From Camelus ferus (lineage: Eukaryota): a stretch of 64,000 nt of DNA. The notes below the pieces were generated by a model. The model saw only the letters and a program-made list of their open reading frames with translations, did no database searches and was not told where the DNA came from. The DNA lies in assembly GCF_009834535.1 (NCBI RefSeq), contig NC_045697.1:16494001-16558000 (forward strand). The letters are read 5' to 3'. Shown here in pieces: positions 48,456 through 61,719 of the stretch (position 1 is its first letter; each line of letters begins with the position of its first letter). A program made the position numbers and the translations under genes.

Positions 48456-50791
48456 AAGAAAGCCCCCCCTCCCAGCTAAGAAGTTTCTTTCTGGGGGTAA
48501 AACAAAGTTTATTGACTTTATTGCGCATGTATGGGGGAGTGCATGTCTGTGTTTCAGGAATTTTAATTGGGTTATGTAGTAAACATTTCAAACTTGAAAA
48601 GTTTAGCAAAACACATAGTGTTTACAGCGTGATGGAAGAACAAAAGTTCTTTCCACTTTTATTAAGTGAAAGTTTGGAAAAAGTAAAAGATTGGTCTATA
48701 TCACAACTTCTCATTGTTAAGTCGTCTCTCCTTCATAACTCATGAATTTTTTTTTGCAACTTGGACTTTATAATTTTTAAACAACTATTTATTCACTTAC
48801 TCATTTCTCATTTCTCCAGAGAATTTTGTTGTTCAAAACTTAAAGGCCCAAAGGGGGAGGGTCAAACTTCTATGTTTCTCTATAGTTGAGTCAGAAATTT
48901 ACAGTGAGAAAGCAGACATTCAGACCCACATCTGCTAGCTGAGATCTATGTGACACTAAGAAATCATGTAGCCTGAACTCAGGATGAGCTGTCTGACCAG
49001 AAGAATGTATTTTACATTCAGATTTTGTGCTAGTTTCTGTAACGTTTTCATTCTAAGGGAAGCTCTATTAACATTCTTAGGTAAACACTGGGAACCTCTG
49101 CTATTTAATCTGCTTGTTTGTGTGGCCGGTACTATTCTAGACTCTGGGAAAATACCACTAAACAGCACAAACAAGGCCCCTGTGTTCATGAAGCAAGCGA
49201 GTCGATGAGAAAAAGGCAGCCATACAAACAGATGCAGAATTATATATACTGAAAATTGTTAAAAAAAGAAATTAATGTCTCATACTCATACACATACTCA
49301 CTTTTCAACTCATAAACTATAAAACACATCACTTTAAAAATGAAATATCATCTCCTTGCCTATCAAATTGAACTTTAAAACTAATAATAACAGGATTATT
49401 CTTATAAGCAAGAAAGGAAATCAACCAAATATCCAGAAAGAGAGAAATGCTCCAATGAATTATGGTGCCCTCACACAATGAAAGATTATGCAGTCCTCTG
49501 CTCTGAGGGAACATGAGATTAAGCAGTCACAGGACCCTACCCTCTGGGCATATCAATGGTAGCATTATGAACTGGGTATCATTTCAGCACATTTAAGACT
49601 GAAACAAGAAATAGATCTTCTCATTTAGCCACCTTGAGTCGCCTGATCCTATTTATAAGGCTCTTCAACATTAAATGGCTCTTTGAAAACAGTCTTTTCA
49701 TGCCTTAAGTGCAGTTTGAATCAGAAACACATATATTTGGTAGCTATTTGAATCACAAAAATGATTGAGTTTTTGTCAGTTTAAGAGGGATTATCAACTC
49801 TGCATATCGTATCTTTGAAATGCCAATGGACTCCCATCTACAGGATTTTTACTGGAAGAAGCACACACTTTTTTGTCAGATACAACTTAGTTTGCCTCTC
49901 AGCTTTATCCTTGCATTACCTTTGCAAGTTTCCTATGTTCTCTTCAGTACATTTTACTTACCTGTAAAATGGGGATTACAGTGACTGGTTTGAAAGTATT
50001 GGATGGATTCAGATTTATAGAGCATCTATAACTGAATTTGGTTCATAACTGACATTTTTTTAAATGATTTCGTGTCTCTCTTTTTTTTTTTGGTGGGGGG
50101 GGGGGTAGATTCTATATGCCAGCTGGGAAAACTTAAAGATAACTGGCTTCGGTTGGGAAGTTAAATCTTTAAGAAGGAAGAGAGGAAGATTGAACTCTAG
50201 GTTTGGGGGCGATGGAGGAGGGTTGTCTTTTGTAGTGGCAGAGAATGTTAGACCTGCTTTAACTTTAAAACCAACTGTTATCCAAACTAGAACTCAAATT
50301 AGTCCACAGAACTGGCTGGAGATGAGGGAATTCGTAGTAATTAATAGGAGTCCCAGACAAATAGAACGGAGCAGAGACAATTTGAGATTCAGACCAACTG
50401 GGTGATCGAGTGTCATAATAAAGTCAGACAGAAAATGAGAACTTTAATTTGTCATTCACGTAGTCTGGAGTTGAAGACAAGGATTCTAGTCTTTCTCAAA
50501 GAAAGGTAGGGGCTCAAGACTGGTGATAAGTGATGTAATTTTAGGTGATACAACAATAATTTTTAATTAAGTTACTTTCTATGACTACAGAAAATGGTTT
50601 AATGAACAATGTAACATTTTCTTTCACAATAAATTGATATAATTTTTTAAAATAAGTTGATCTTAGAAAAAAAGGTAAAAACAAATAACTGTACAGGAGC
50701 TACTCTGATATGACCGAAGTAGTGAAGGCAGCTGTCCCTAACTGTCTCAAGCTTGGGAACAACTATTCCAGACAAAGTCAAGAAAGAGGGC

Positions 50792-51126
50792 TTATCTTAG
50801 GCCATTTGGGTTGCTATGACAACATAACTGGTTGGCTTCTAAACAACAAACATTTAATTCTCACAGTTCTGGAGCCTAGAAAGTCCAAGATTCAGGTGCC
50901 GACAGGCTCAGTGGCCAGGACCTCCTCCTTCGTGAACAGCTATCTTCTCCCCTGTGGTGGGAGGGGCAAGGACTGCTTTCTCCAGTCACTGCTGTGAGGG
51001 CACAAACCCCATTCATGAGGGTGCCCTAATCACATTTCAAAGGCCACACCACCCAAAGACTATCATCCTCGGGGTTAAGTTTCAACAGATGAATTTCGAG
51101 GGGACACGAGCATTCAGAGCACAGCG
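50792..51126 (-). mobile_element. MLT1A-type MaLR solo LTR
   Basis: aaacaacaaacatttaattctcacagttctggagcctagaaagtccaagat; end gggggacacgagcattcagagcacagc. Confidence 0.88.
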
Positions 51127-52107
51127 GGTTTAAGAGGAAAGCTGTAGGATACTCCGAAGCCAGCGCTGTGTGCGAGCTGCCAGCCATGCGCTGCCCTGAG
51201 AACCACTTGGGTGCCCCCCGCCGAGCTCCCAGGGAAGGCCACGTACAGAATGCATACCTGGTGAATGTGAGTTCCTTCCTCAGCCTTTTGACCTTTGCCC
51301 TGCTCCTTGTCATTTTAAGCACTTCTCATTGGTGATTAGACCTTCTCTCTCACCAAGTCTGTCAAAAGGGCCGTGATGCAGAGGCTGATTTCCATGTCTC
51401 CCCCTGGTCCTGAGTGTCTGGGCCTTGACAATTCAGAGAAAAGTCAAGCTTGGTCAGAAACTTCCTCAAATTGCACACTTTACTGAACTTTCAGTAGGAC
51501 AGGCAATTCTCTTCCTCAATCTCAGACTATCACTCTGCAAAATTTTAAAGCAAACCAGTGATAGCAAGACCTTTCCATGTGAAGAATGAGGAAGTCAAGC
51601 CAGCCTGAATATCTTCCATTTTAGTTGAGAGCACCATTAAGTCCTGACCACCGAAATGATAACCGCCAAGAGAGACGCCGTTACAGGCTGGAGATCCGAC
51701 AGTGGAAAGCAAATGCAGAGATGTAGTTTCTGCTAGCATTTGGAAAGCAAACATCCCAGATGTAATTGGACACATGAGCATATCCAGAACCCAAGAAATC
51801 AGCATGACTAATGACAGGGAAAGGGGCGTTTAAAAATGTTCTGTCCTCTTGTCAAGTGCAGGAGGGGCTGGGAGAGGAAAAAACAACACCCAGAACATGC
51901 GGTTCAGCAGAAGGAATCAGATTATTTAGGTCTTTATTGCCCAGAGGTCAGGGGTGTAGACAGTAGGGAAGGAACAAGGTATGTTTTACACATGTCTTCA
52001 GTGGTAACTATAACAATGAAAAAAACCACTTTGTAGAATAATTGAAAAAGGAAGGTGTTTTCCATCAAACAACTATTATGGGCTATTTTACACATGTTAT
52101 GTCATTT

Positions 52108-52560
52108 TAGTTATTCATTCAACAAATATTTATTGAACATCTAATGCATTGTTCTAAGCCAGGGAATATCAAAGTGAAGAGGGCAACATCCTTCTCCTCA
52201 GGGAACTTGGATCTCAGTGAATGGGATAATGAGTAAAGTAATAAACATGCAATATAACTTCAGATGGAAATAAGTGCTATGGAGAAAAGTCAAGCAGGTA
52301 AAGTGACTGAGAAGGCAGGTTTTTGTACAAGAAAAGTGAAGCTTAAAACTTCAGGAAATCACAGAGCAAGTCAAATAAAAATGCAAGAACTCTTCCAGCC
52401 ATGGGATGAGCAAATGCCCAGGCCTTAAGGCAGTACTGTGTTTGGTGCATCGAAGGGAGAGCAAAGACGGCCAATATAGTTGGAGCTGAGTGAGCCAGGA
52501 AGGGAAGGTTAGACAGAAGCAAGGATGGGATGAGACCAGGGAGACAGCCAGACATCCCAG
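52108..52560 (-). mobile_element. L2 LINE 3' end
   Basis: ttcattcaacaaatatttattgaacatct; ggccaatatagttggagctgagtgagc. Confidence 0.88.
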
Positions 52561-52683
52561 CGGGAACTTCTCATCCTCATGATCATCTCAGCCTCGCAAA
52601 AATCTGTTGAGGGGGGCCTTCTGATCCTGGATTCTATAATTCAGGAAGCTGGGAAGAGGGTCTCAAAGTTATTAACTGTCTTA

Positions 52684-52990
52684 GTATATGTGACTTTAAT
52701 AAGACAGTATATATATTGTGTTACATATATAAGTATATGACATGTTTATATGTCATTATAATTATATAATAAAGTATACATAATTATATAATACACAATA
52801 GTATTATATAATCCATTTCTATATTATTGAATAAATATATTTATTATATAAGTGTCTTTTATAATATACTCATTATATATGTATATTGACATTTTTACTA
52901 TACATATATTTATAAATACACATACTATACTATAAGAATGAATAAATATACATTATATACATATATAAATAATCTATAATTATATAAAAT
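52684..52990. repeat. AT-rich low-complexity degenerate (TA)n tract
   Basis: About 300 bp of almost only A/T with tatata motifs. Confidence 0.85.
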
Positions 52991-53731
52991 AGAGAGAGAA
53001 TATTAGAACCCAGATTTTAAGTTTGCATATCCAATATTCACTTCACCGCACTCTATTACTTAAATTACATTCCAAGTGATTTGGAAGTCTAAATGACAGA
53101 CCATTTAGCAAATCTTCCTTTACAGTTTTAAAATCGGTATTTAAGCAACTGGATTCCATTCAACACATAATTATTGAGGATATGTATGTATCCAGAAGAG
53201 TGCTGCTAAGGATGGGAAAAACTTCTCAGAGAGCCCTTGCAAATCCAAGAAATTTGCAGTCTTTGTGAAAAAATATTTCAACAGCAACTGGAAACCATTT
53301 CTGAAGTCTGGGCAACTGTAGAGATTAGAGGGGGATACTAGTATGGGATACAGGGTCTGGGGGCTAGTTGAAGAGCCTGGTTTGAGTGAACCCTAGAATA
53401 GAAAATGTTGTAACCCTGGTAACACCAACTCCTTTCTTCTGGAGTTAACAGTTTGTTAGTTTGCTCATTTGTCTGTTTGCTTATTTAAAAAAATTCCAAA
53501 TGGAAAAATAAATAAGCAAGAGTATGGAGTAAACTGCAAGAAGAAAAAGAACAGAAGAGGGTGCCTCTACCAGATATGAAAACATTGTAGGCCATCAGTA
53601 ATTAAAATATGGTGGCATTGAGATGTGAGTAGATAGATAATCCTAAAAGGAGCAAAATGGAAAGTTCAGAAGTATACCCAAGTTGCAGGTGAATACAATA
53701 TATGCTCAAGATGGCACCTCCAATCAGTGGG

Positions 53732-54166
53732 TGGTTTACATTCCCAGGTCTGCCATGAGAAGTCTCACAAATTAGGTGCTTTAGAACAATGGAAATGTGT
53801 TGTCTCACAGCTCTGGAGGCCAAAAGTTCAAAATCAAGGAGAAGGCAAAGTCACACTTTCTTTGACGGCTCCATGGAGGCACCCGTTCCCGGCCTCGCTG
53901 CCAGCTTCTGAGGCATCGTGTGTTCCTTGGCTTTTAGATGCACTTCATCTCCTTGTGTCTCTTCATATAATCGTCCCTCTGTGAGTGTCCATCTCTGTGT
54001 CTGGATTTCCTTTTTATAAAAACACCAATCATATTGGGTTAGAGTCCACCTTAATGCCCTCATTTAAATATGATTATCTCTGTGGAGATTTTATTTCACA
54101 TTCTGGAGTACTTAGGGTTAAGACTTCAACAGACCCTTTTAGGAGGACACAACTTAATGCATAAAA
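53732..54166 (-). mobile_element. MLT1B/C-type MaLR solo LTR
   Basis: tgtctcacagctctggaggccaaaagttcaaaatcaagg; tataaaacaccaatcatattgggttag; gggttaagacttcaaca. Confidence 0.88.
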
Positions 54167-55171
54167 ATAGGGAAAAAATATATTGTGGAAAATAGCCACT
54201 AAGAAATGATCAAATTATACCCATATTTCACATTGGATACCAGGATAAAATCTAACTAAACCAGAGACTCAAATCTAAAGACTAAACTCATAATGTTTTA
54301 GTAAGAAACATGAGTGAATACCTTTAGAGCAAGAAACACTTTCCTAACTGTATAGCAAAATCTTAAAGTAAAAGACACTGTTGATACATTCAACTATAGA
54401 AAATATTTTTTAAAAATTTGACTAGCAAAAAAAAAAAAAAAAACCCACTAAAATTAAAAGCCAAATACAAAGGACAAAATGCAAGGATATTTTCAAATTC
54501 TACCATAAAAGAATATCTCTAAGAGAAAAGAAGTTCTTAAAATTAGAGAGGAAAAAAGTCCAGAAAATATGCAGAATATAGAAAGCAGACCTTAAACATA
54601 TGAAAAAAGATCAACCTCATATGTAATAATATAATGAAATACTGAAACCACCCTGAAATACTATTTCTTTCTTATCAGCCTAGCAAAATCCAGAAGTTAA
54701 ACAGCACACTTTGTTGGCAGGACTGTGGGAAAAGGGGCTCTCTCCTGCACGGATGGAGGGAGTGGGAGGATTGTATCTCTATGAAAGTAAAATCCGGCAA
54801 TAATTGGAACATTATTCTTGCATTTATACTTTGACTGAGATAAATGATTTCCAAAGTGTAACCCAAAATATACAAAAATACTTACTTGCCAAAAGACTGA
54901 GGCAGAAGATTATCCACTGTGATATTACTTACAATGGTGAAGGTTAATCGATAGGAAAAGGCCTGAATAAACCATGATACCTTCAAAGGAAGGAACACTA
55001 ACAGCCATAAAAAAAAAATGACAGTAAAGATCTCTGTACATTGATATGGAGTGATCTCCAGGATATTTGTTCAGTGAAATAAATAAGGTCTAGATCATGA
55101 TGTACATTGTGCTTCTTTAGTTTAATAAGTGGGAAGAAATAGGCATCTGCTGGTTTTTGCAAATAGTAAAG

Positions 55172-55337
55172 GGGGAGGGTGTAGCTCAGTGGTAGGGTGC
55201 ATGCTTAGCATGCACAAGGTGCTGGGTTCAATCCTCAGCACCTCCATTAATAAGTAAGTAAGTAAATAAAATAAATAAACCTAATTCCTCCCACCCAAAA
55301 AATTAAAAAATAAAAATACTGTATTTAAAAAAAAGAA
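55172..55337 (+). mobile_element. tRNA-Ala-derived SINE (camelid vic-1 type)
   Basis: GGGGAGGGTGTAGCTCAGTGGTAG (A box)...GGGTTCAATCC (B box)...CACCTCCA. Followed by a (taag/taaa)n linker, aacctaatt...ccc and an A-rich tail. 11-bp TSD aaatagtaaag (55161-55171, 55338-55348). Confidence 0.9.
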
Positions 55338-56759
55338 AAATAGTAAAGATAAACACAAAACCAATAAGGATGGTTATCTCGAGGGAAAGATAAAAAATAG
55401 GGAAGAGTCCAATTATTTCAGGAGAGAAGTTTGATTTTTTTTAAATACGGTCTCTATTTCTTATATACTTGTGTTTACATATTCAAAAATTAAATTATAT
55501 TTTTTCATGAAAAAGTTAAGACACCAATTCCTTTCTCATTCCTTTATTTGACAACTAAAAGAAAAGAATTTAGTATGAATCCTGCCTTTTTTTGTAAACC
55601 ATGTAATGCAATGTAACCAAATAGGAATAGATGAGGTGAAGAAATAGTTTAAACAGGAATTCCAGTTAATAAATGTGGGAAGAATGACAAAATTAGAAAA
55701 TCAACATTTTGTGAAGTCCAGTGAAATCACTGATTCAGGCACTAATCATCAATGGATGAGACCATTAAATGAACATTTAATGGAAAATATATTATAGGGA
55801 TCAACCTGTTATTACCGGAACCCACTGGTTAATCTTAGCATCCTAAAGGGAGGGGAAGCAGCCATTGTTAGCATCCGGGTGTGAAGTAATAGAAAGCAAA
55901 GCATGAAGTACCCTTGTCAAACCTGAATTTGACTAGAAACTACTCACGTTTCTATAGTTAACTTCCATATGTTAATACCCAGTACGAAAAGGGGACAAGT
56001 TAAATGACACAAAAAGAGGTAAAAAGACAAATAAAGAATATATTACACTCTGCCTGACAACTGGTGAAGTTGTTGCCTCGGGTCAACAGCATGAAAACTA
56101 AAGTGAGAAGCATACGCACTTGATGAAAAAAGTTAAGCGTTGCCGCAAACAAATGTTAATGGTACCTTGTTTGTCTCATAATTCAAACAAAACAATGATA
56201 AAAATATTTTATAGACAATTGGAGAAATCTGACTAGAGACTAACCATCAGATAATAGTAAGAAGTGATTAACTTTGTTGGAAATGATAGTAACTTGTTAT
56301 CTGGCATTTCCTTCAAAATATATGTAAAAAAATTCAAAAGGAAATAGATCAATGAAGCAAATCTGAAGCAAAATTGGAGTAATCATCAAATCTCAATAAT
56401 TGATACATGAGGGGTGATTGTATTTCTTTCCACTTACAAATATGTTAAAAGTATTTCATTAATTTAAAAACGAAAGCAAATAAAGAAAGGGAAACGTGCA
56501 TCTAATGTTCGAGATTCCATTTCTAAAGGTCTTTCTCTTTTTTCCAGCTTCTATTGGAGGAGCCACTTGCTCACAACACTGTCCTGCTACCTGCAACCAA
56601 GACCTCTGACAGTGGAGCTGGGGTGGCAGCAAAAGTGAAGGCAAAAGAATTTATATACGTAAAAGTTTTCAGACTGCATTTCTAGAAAGTCTGACTCTCT
56701 GGAAAATCACCAGAATGTATATCAAAGGTGTTTCTGCACATGATTGTATTTACTGATGA

Positions 56760-58443
56760 ATCACTGAAGTACAAGTAAAAACCCACAGAAATAAAGCTCA
56801 AAACACTTTCTATCACAAAAGAGTAAATTTTAATGGATACAAGTTTTGTTTTTTTTTTTAAATCTAGGATTCTGAAGAACCCAAAAATGGCATACAGATT
56901 GTGAGAGAATAATTATCTAGTCATATTACTAAGTACAAAACAATCTCACTAAAGGAATGAGGGGGAAAGACATTAATCTGTTCTAAGTAACTTTGGAAAT
57001 GCGTGGAGTCTGTAAGTCTTAAGGCAAAAAGAATTGTGCATAAGTGCTGTACTCTAGCTAACATTATTTCCCAAGGGGGAATGGGTTAACAGCTCTGATA
57101 CCGCTATACATATACACTGTAATTGAACAATTAAATAAATGGATGGCAGATGGTGGGAGCCAGGTTTCTCACTGTTGGAGTGCGAGGTTATAGGTAAGAA
57201 AGCAGAAAAGACTAGAATGATCTATGTCATAAGGGATTCGAGTCAGAGACATCAGTACGAATGTGTGTTTACCTTAATATAGATACAGATGGTTAGACAT
57301 AGAAATATTTATAGATTGGTGTCTATACACAGGCTCATATACACAAACACACGTTTCCTCTTTCTGGCAGCTGAGCATGGCTAGAAGCAGCAGCATCCCA
57401 GCAGCGAGGGGAACATCCAGAGCCCGGACCTTGGATTCTACTACTGGTCTCCAATGAATGGAACCAGAATTCCTGGGGGAGAAGTGTTTGATTCTCCAAG
57501 GGCAAGAAATGTACAAGATAAGCCTGGAACAGAGGGTAGTGACAGCAATTAAATACACACAAAATGATCAGTGATGGGGGCGTGTGAAAGGGACCCGAGA
57601 GCCCACTGAAAGAACGCCTATTGGACAAAGATGGAATAATTTGAACAATAAAATAAAGTAATATTGGATTATAACTTAAAGTATAAAATAAATATCCAGG
57701 AGTCCAAACTGATATAAATAAATGATAAATAAATGGGGAAGAAGAGACAAATCTCCCTTACAGGGTTCCAAACAATTTATGTAGTTAGTCCATCCTCCAG
57801 GAGGTGGAGTCTAACTCCCAACTCCTTAAGGTGGGCTGTCCAGAGTGACTTCCTTTAAAAGAGCACAGAGAGTATGGGAAAGGGCAGGAAAGAGTGACTG
57901 TACAGGGGAGAAACTGACAAACATGACCTAAGGCAAGTGATCGAGGTCTATAGCTATAATGATAAGTCATGTTGGCAGTGTGCACCCTTGATATGATGTA
58001 TTGGATAAGTCTCTTTGATCCTGTGATCTTCACTCAAAACTCATTAGCCCAGTCGAATCGTGAGAAAAAGATCAGACAAAACTGAGGAACATTTTACAAA
58101 ATATCTGACTAGTCCACCTCTGAACTATCGAGATCATCAGAAACAAGGGCCATTTAAGAAAAGGTCACACACAAGAGAAGCCCAAGGAGATGTGATTCCT
58201 AAATGTAATACGTTACCTTGGGTGGGCTCCTGGAACAGAAAGAGAACATTAGGTCATAACTAAGGAAATCTGACTGAAGTATTGACTTCGGTTGATAACA
58301 GTTTACCAATACTTGTTCGTTAAGGATGACGCATGTACCATGCTCATGTAGTATGTTTATAATCTGTGAACTCTTTGTACTATCATCCCAATTTTTCTGT
58401 AAACCTAAAACTGTTATAAAAGAAAGTACATTTTTTAAAAAAA
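56760..58443 (+). mobile_element. L1MC-type 3' end
   Basis: ggagccaggtttctcactgttggagtg; tcctggaacagaaagagaacattagg; terminal caatttttctgtaaacctaaaactgtt...aaaa. Related to the reverse complement of 24815-25560. Confidence 0.85.
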
Positions 58444-59254
58444 GACCACAGGTGCATAAGTGTACATTGTTTTACATCTAGAAGCAATCTAGAGATCCTC
58501 TCAGTGTAACTCTACCCTCTTACTATGCACTAAGGAACACTGATACCCAAAGACACTAAACGACTGACACGTGTGAGATCACATAGTGATCAAAACTTGC
58601 TCAGAGTTGTGACCGTTTCTCTTCATCCTGAATGATGACACAAGCTCAAAGTGACTTGAACCCAGAAGGTTTCTTATGAAACTGTGTGAAATCATTTCCA
58701 GGTCCAGCCATTCTTTTCAAAACATTAATCAAAATTAGTTGAATTCTAAAAAGAGTTGTCCAAAACTGTTACGTCTACTGAGACAACATTTAGCCCGCAA
58801 AATTAATAATAGCGTTTTCAATGAGCATCTCCAAACGAAAGCCAAAATTTCTCAGTCACATGGTGCGATGCTTCAGTTGGATTCTTGTGGTTTTTATCTG
58901 TCTACAGCCTTTAAACCCAAAGTTTTTACGGCCTCAGGACTGAGCAGTTTTTGGGAAATTAATTGTGCTAATCAATCTTAGAAGAGACTAAGAGCTCATT
59001 TAGGAAGCCGTTTTACTGATTCAGCTATAATGAAACATGCAAATGTCTCATAAACCAAGACTGGTGTTAACATGATCAGCCCAAAGTTCCTCAGTGGCAC
59101 AACCAACATGAGAAGCCACGTTATATCCCAAAGTGTGCTCGGCACAGAACCAGAGCAAGGAAGCATGCCCCATTCAGTTCCATTTGCCCCAGGAAACCAC
59201 TTCCTTTGGCAATACCAGCAGTCCATCTCATCTCTGCCTCTTTGGTTCTGCTGT

Positions 59255-59415
59255 TGCAGGGTTTGTCAATCTGGCCGATGCGAGCATCATCTAGGGAACT
59301 CTGAAAAAACACAGATGCTGGGTTTCCCATCTCAGTGTGTCTCTGGAGGGAGGATTCAAACCTTGCCACATTAGCACTAGTAAATAGCTCCACAGGTTCA
59401 TCTAAAAACCACAGC
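59255..59415. mobile_element. MER5-like hAT-Charlie element
   Basis: cagggtttgtcaatctggc...catcatctagggaact...aaaaacacagatgctggg...aaaaccac. Confidence 0.6.
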
Positions 59416-60922
59416 TGAAAAAATCACAGATCTATATTCTCTATTCCCTTTGATAGCCCCCTCACATCACTTCTGAAAGCCAAATTATTTTGCTCTGGGA
59501 CTTTTATTTCAAAGTACTATAAAAGCTAGAATGATAATGAGAACTTCTTATTTTAACAGACAAGTGCTACCAGCGTAACAACACACACACTGTATGCTGA
59601 TGAATTGCAATGTTCAATTCCAATAAAATATATCTTTATTCATATACACTTTTATATCACCCTAGATAAGAAAAGGAATTATATTTCTGCCAGACATTTT
59701 CTTAACTTAGAAAAAACCCCGCCAGCTTCTCCCATTTCTACTGAAACTGCCACCTATGTCATGCCACTTATATGAGAGATGGGGGCAAGAGGTGGATTTC
59801 ATATTTATTAGTTTGTAAAGTGTTACATTCTTATTTTGCAAAGTGTGATTCCTGGTTTTACATGGTTCTAAATGATCGATTTTCTATGTCGTTCCTTCCC
59901 TCCAAGTCCCAGCGCTAGGAGTGGGGTTTGGAGGCGACACAAGACATTGGCTATGACTCATTCATGGGCTTGTTCATATAAATTACCTTCTTCTCTTCCT
60001 GCATTACTTACGGTGTCTGAAAAATTGATCAGATCTTCACTTCAGCAGAGAGAGGACAAGGACACAGACTAGGAGGGAAACTTGGTCCTAAGAAGTATTT
60101 TGCCTTGTTTTTTCTTGTTCTTAATGTTTTCTGTTTCAGTCTGAGAACAGATAGGTATTGTGTTTGAAAATCAAATGTTTAGTTTTGTAAATAGTTACAA
60201 AATGTTATTTCTTAAAATAATATAGTAAGTTAAACTAAACAAAGGAATTAAACATTTACAAACATTTATCAGAGAGGCATACAAGAAGAATCTAAGACAT
60301 TAGAGTAAAAACATAAAAAGACAGTGGTCTGTGCTCCCAGTTTGCCTAATACTTACCAGTCTCTGTAAGCGGTTTTGTACAGTTCTCTTTTATCCACTAT
60401 GTGTGGATTCTATGGTTAATACAGAAAATATAACTGAGTTTCCCCCGTGTCTAAATGCCTAAATGTTGGTGTCACCTTGGTCACCACCCACGTTTATATG
60501 TAGATTTAGTTTCACCTTTCTCTTCTTCCTTTCAAGTGAAAGGAAGATACACATGCATCTGACTGCTTTTATACATCTGGCTTCATCAAACCCATCTGCC
60601 ATCCTTCAATACATCTGCCTGCACTAAATATATCTGCCTGAATCAAATGCACGTAGCGTTTTTCCACAAACACAGATTTCCTTGCAGCCCACACTTTACC
60701 AGGCCTCAGAAATAAGATGCAGAATCTGGTCTTGCTCTACCTTACGGCCTTGTTTTGCTTTCATCGTCGTCCCATGATTTACCTTTTATCCCAGGAATAG
60801 CGGCCTGGAAAGTGTGGCTGTCCGTTTTCCAAAATTCATTGGGCGTGACTTTCAGTCCAGAACTGACTTCAGGAGCTCTGAAGTTCCCAGAGACGGAGCC
60901 TTAGCAGTATTTCAGGGCTGGC

Positions 60923-60948
60923 AAAAAAAAAAAAAAAAAAAAAAAAAA
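60923..60948. repeat. A26 homopolymer
   Basis: 26 consecutive A; no retroelement body evident upstream. Confidence 0.95.
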
Positions 60949-61719
60949 GCGAGGAAAGTGAGCCCGCAGTATTCTGGTGCTTGGCTCTCTTTGTTTGTGC
61001 AGCGTGTCTTCCACAAGCTAGGAAAACATCAAAGGAAAACAACCAAGAAACCCTCTAATTATCTGTAAACTCAATCTGCTTTAAAGATAAATGAAAAGGT
61101 CAAAGTTCAGCCCTGACTTGTTCCAGTCGACAACCATTAAGGGACCTTTTGCAATGCCTAGCCTAACCCCAATCACACCTGGCACCCCTCAATTTTCTTA
61201 TAAATTTCATTCCGGTGTACAGTTCAGAGAGGCGATCTCAGAGCAAGCAGGTTGCGGATTCAGAGGAACGTTGCTACAGATTCATAATGTGTGACTGCAT
61301 GTGTTGATCTTTATCTGATTTTCCTCCCCTTCAGTCTCCCTCCCGTTTACCTCTCCACCCACCACCTCCACCACTGCTCCATTTCCATTAGGTTGATTTA
61401 TTTGTAAGAAGTAGCAAGACTTTCTGAAAACACAGCTAAAATAACTGAAGAAACTTGAACAATGTTAGGACTTGAATATGAAAGAATTTAAAAAGCAGTA
61501 ATTAAGTGCTTTGACCAAACCCTCAGAGGCAATCTCCAGAAGTCTACACCCATAGTGGTTCCAGCAGAGTCATCCACTGGAGCAGCTAGGAGCAATTGAG
61601 CCACAGAATGCCCTGCCTCCTCATTTCCATCTCTTCCAATTCTCTGTGCAATATCCAAAATTTCAAGGGTTTTATAGGAGCTAAACATACCTGAAATATT
61701 ACTATACTTACACCTGTTA

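Larger units (their letters stand above)
53480..56460 (+). mobile_element. Old L1M ORF2/3' region remnants hosting MLT1 and SINE insertions
   Basis: ctaccagatatgaaaacattgtaggcc...atggtggcattg; ttgttggcaggactgtggg; tgatatggagtgatctccaggatat. Confidence 0.7.

Noticed and set aside
55172..55246. Functional tRNA-Ala gene
   Set aside because: It has an extended 5' end, SINE linker, A-rich tail and TSD, with no T-run terminator. It is a SINE.
24815..58443. Large inverted repeat between ~24.8-25.6 kb and ~57.7-58.4 kb
   Set aside because: These are independent, diverged copies of related L1MC-type 3' ends, not the ends of one element.
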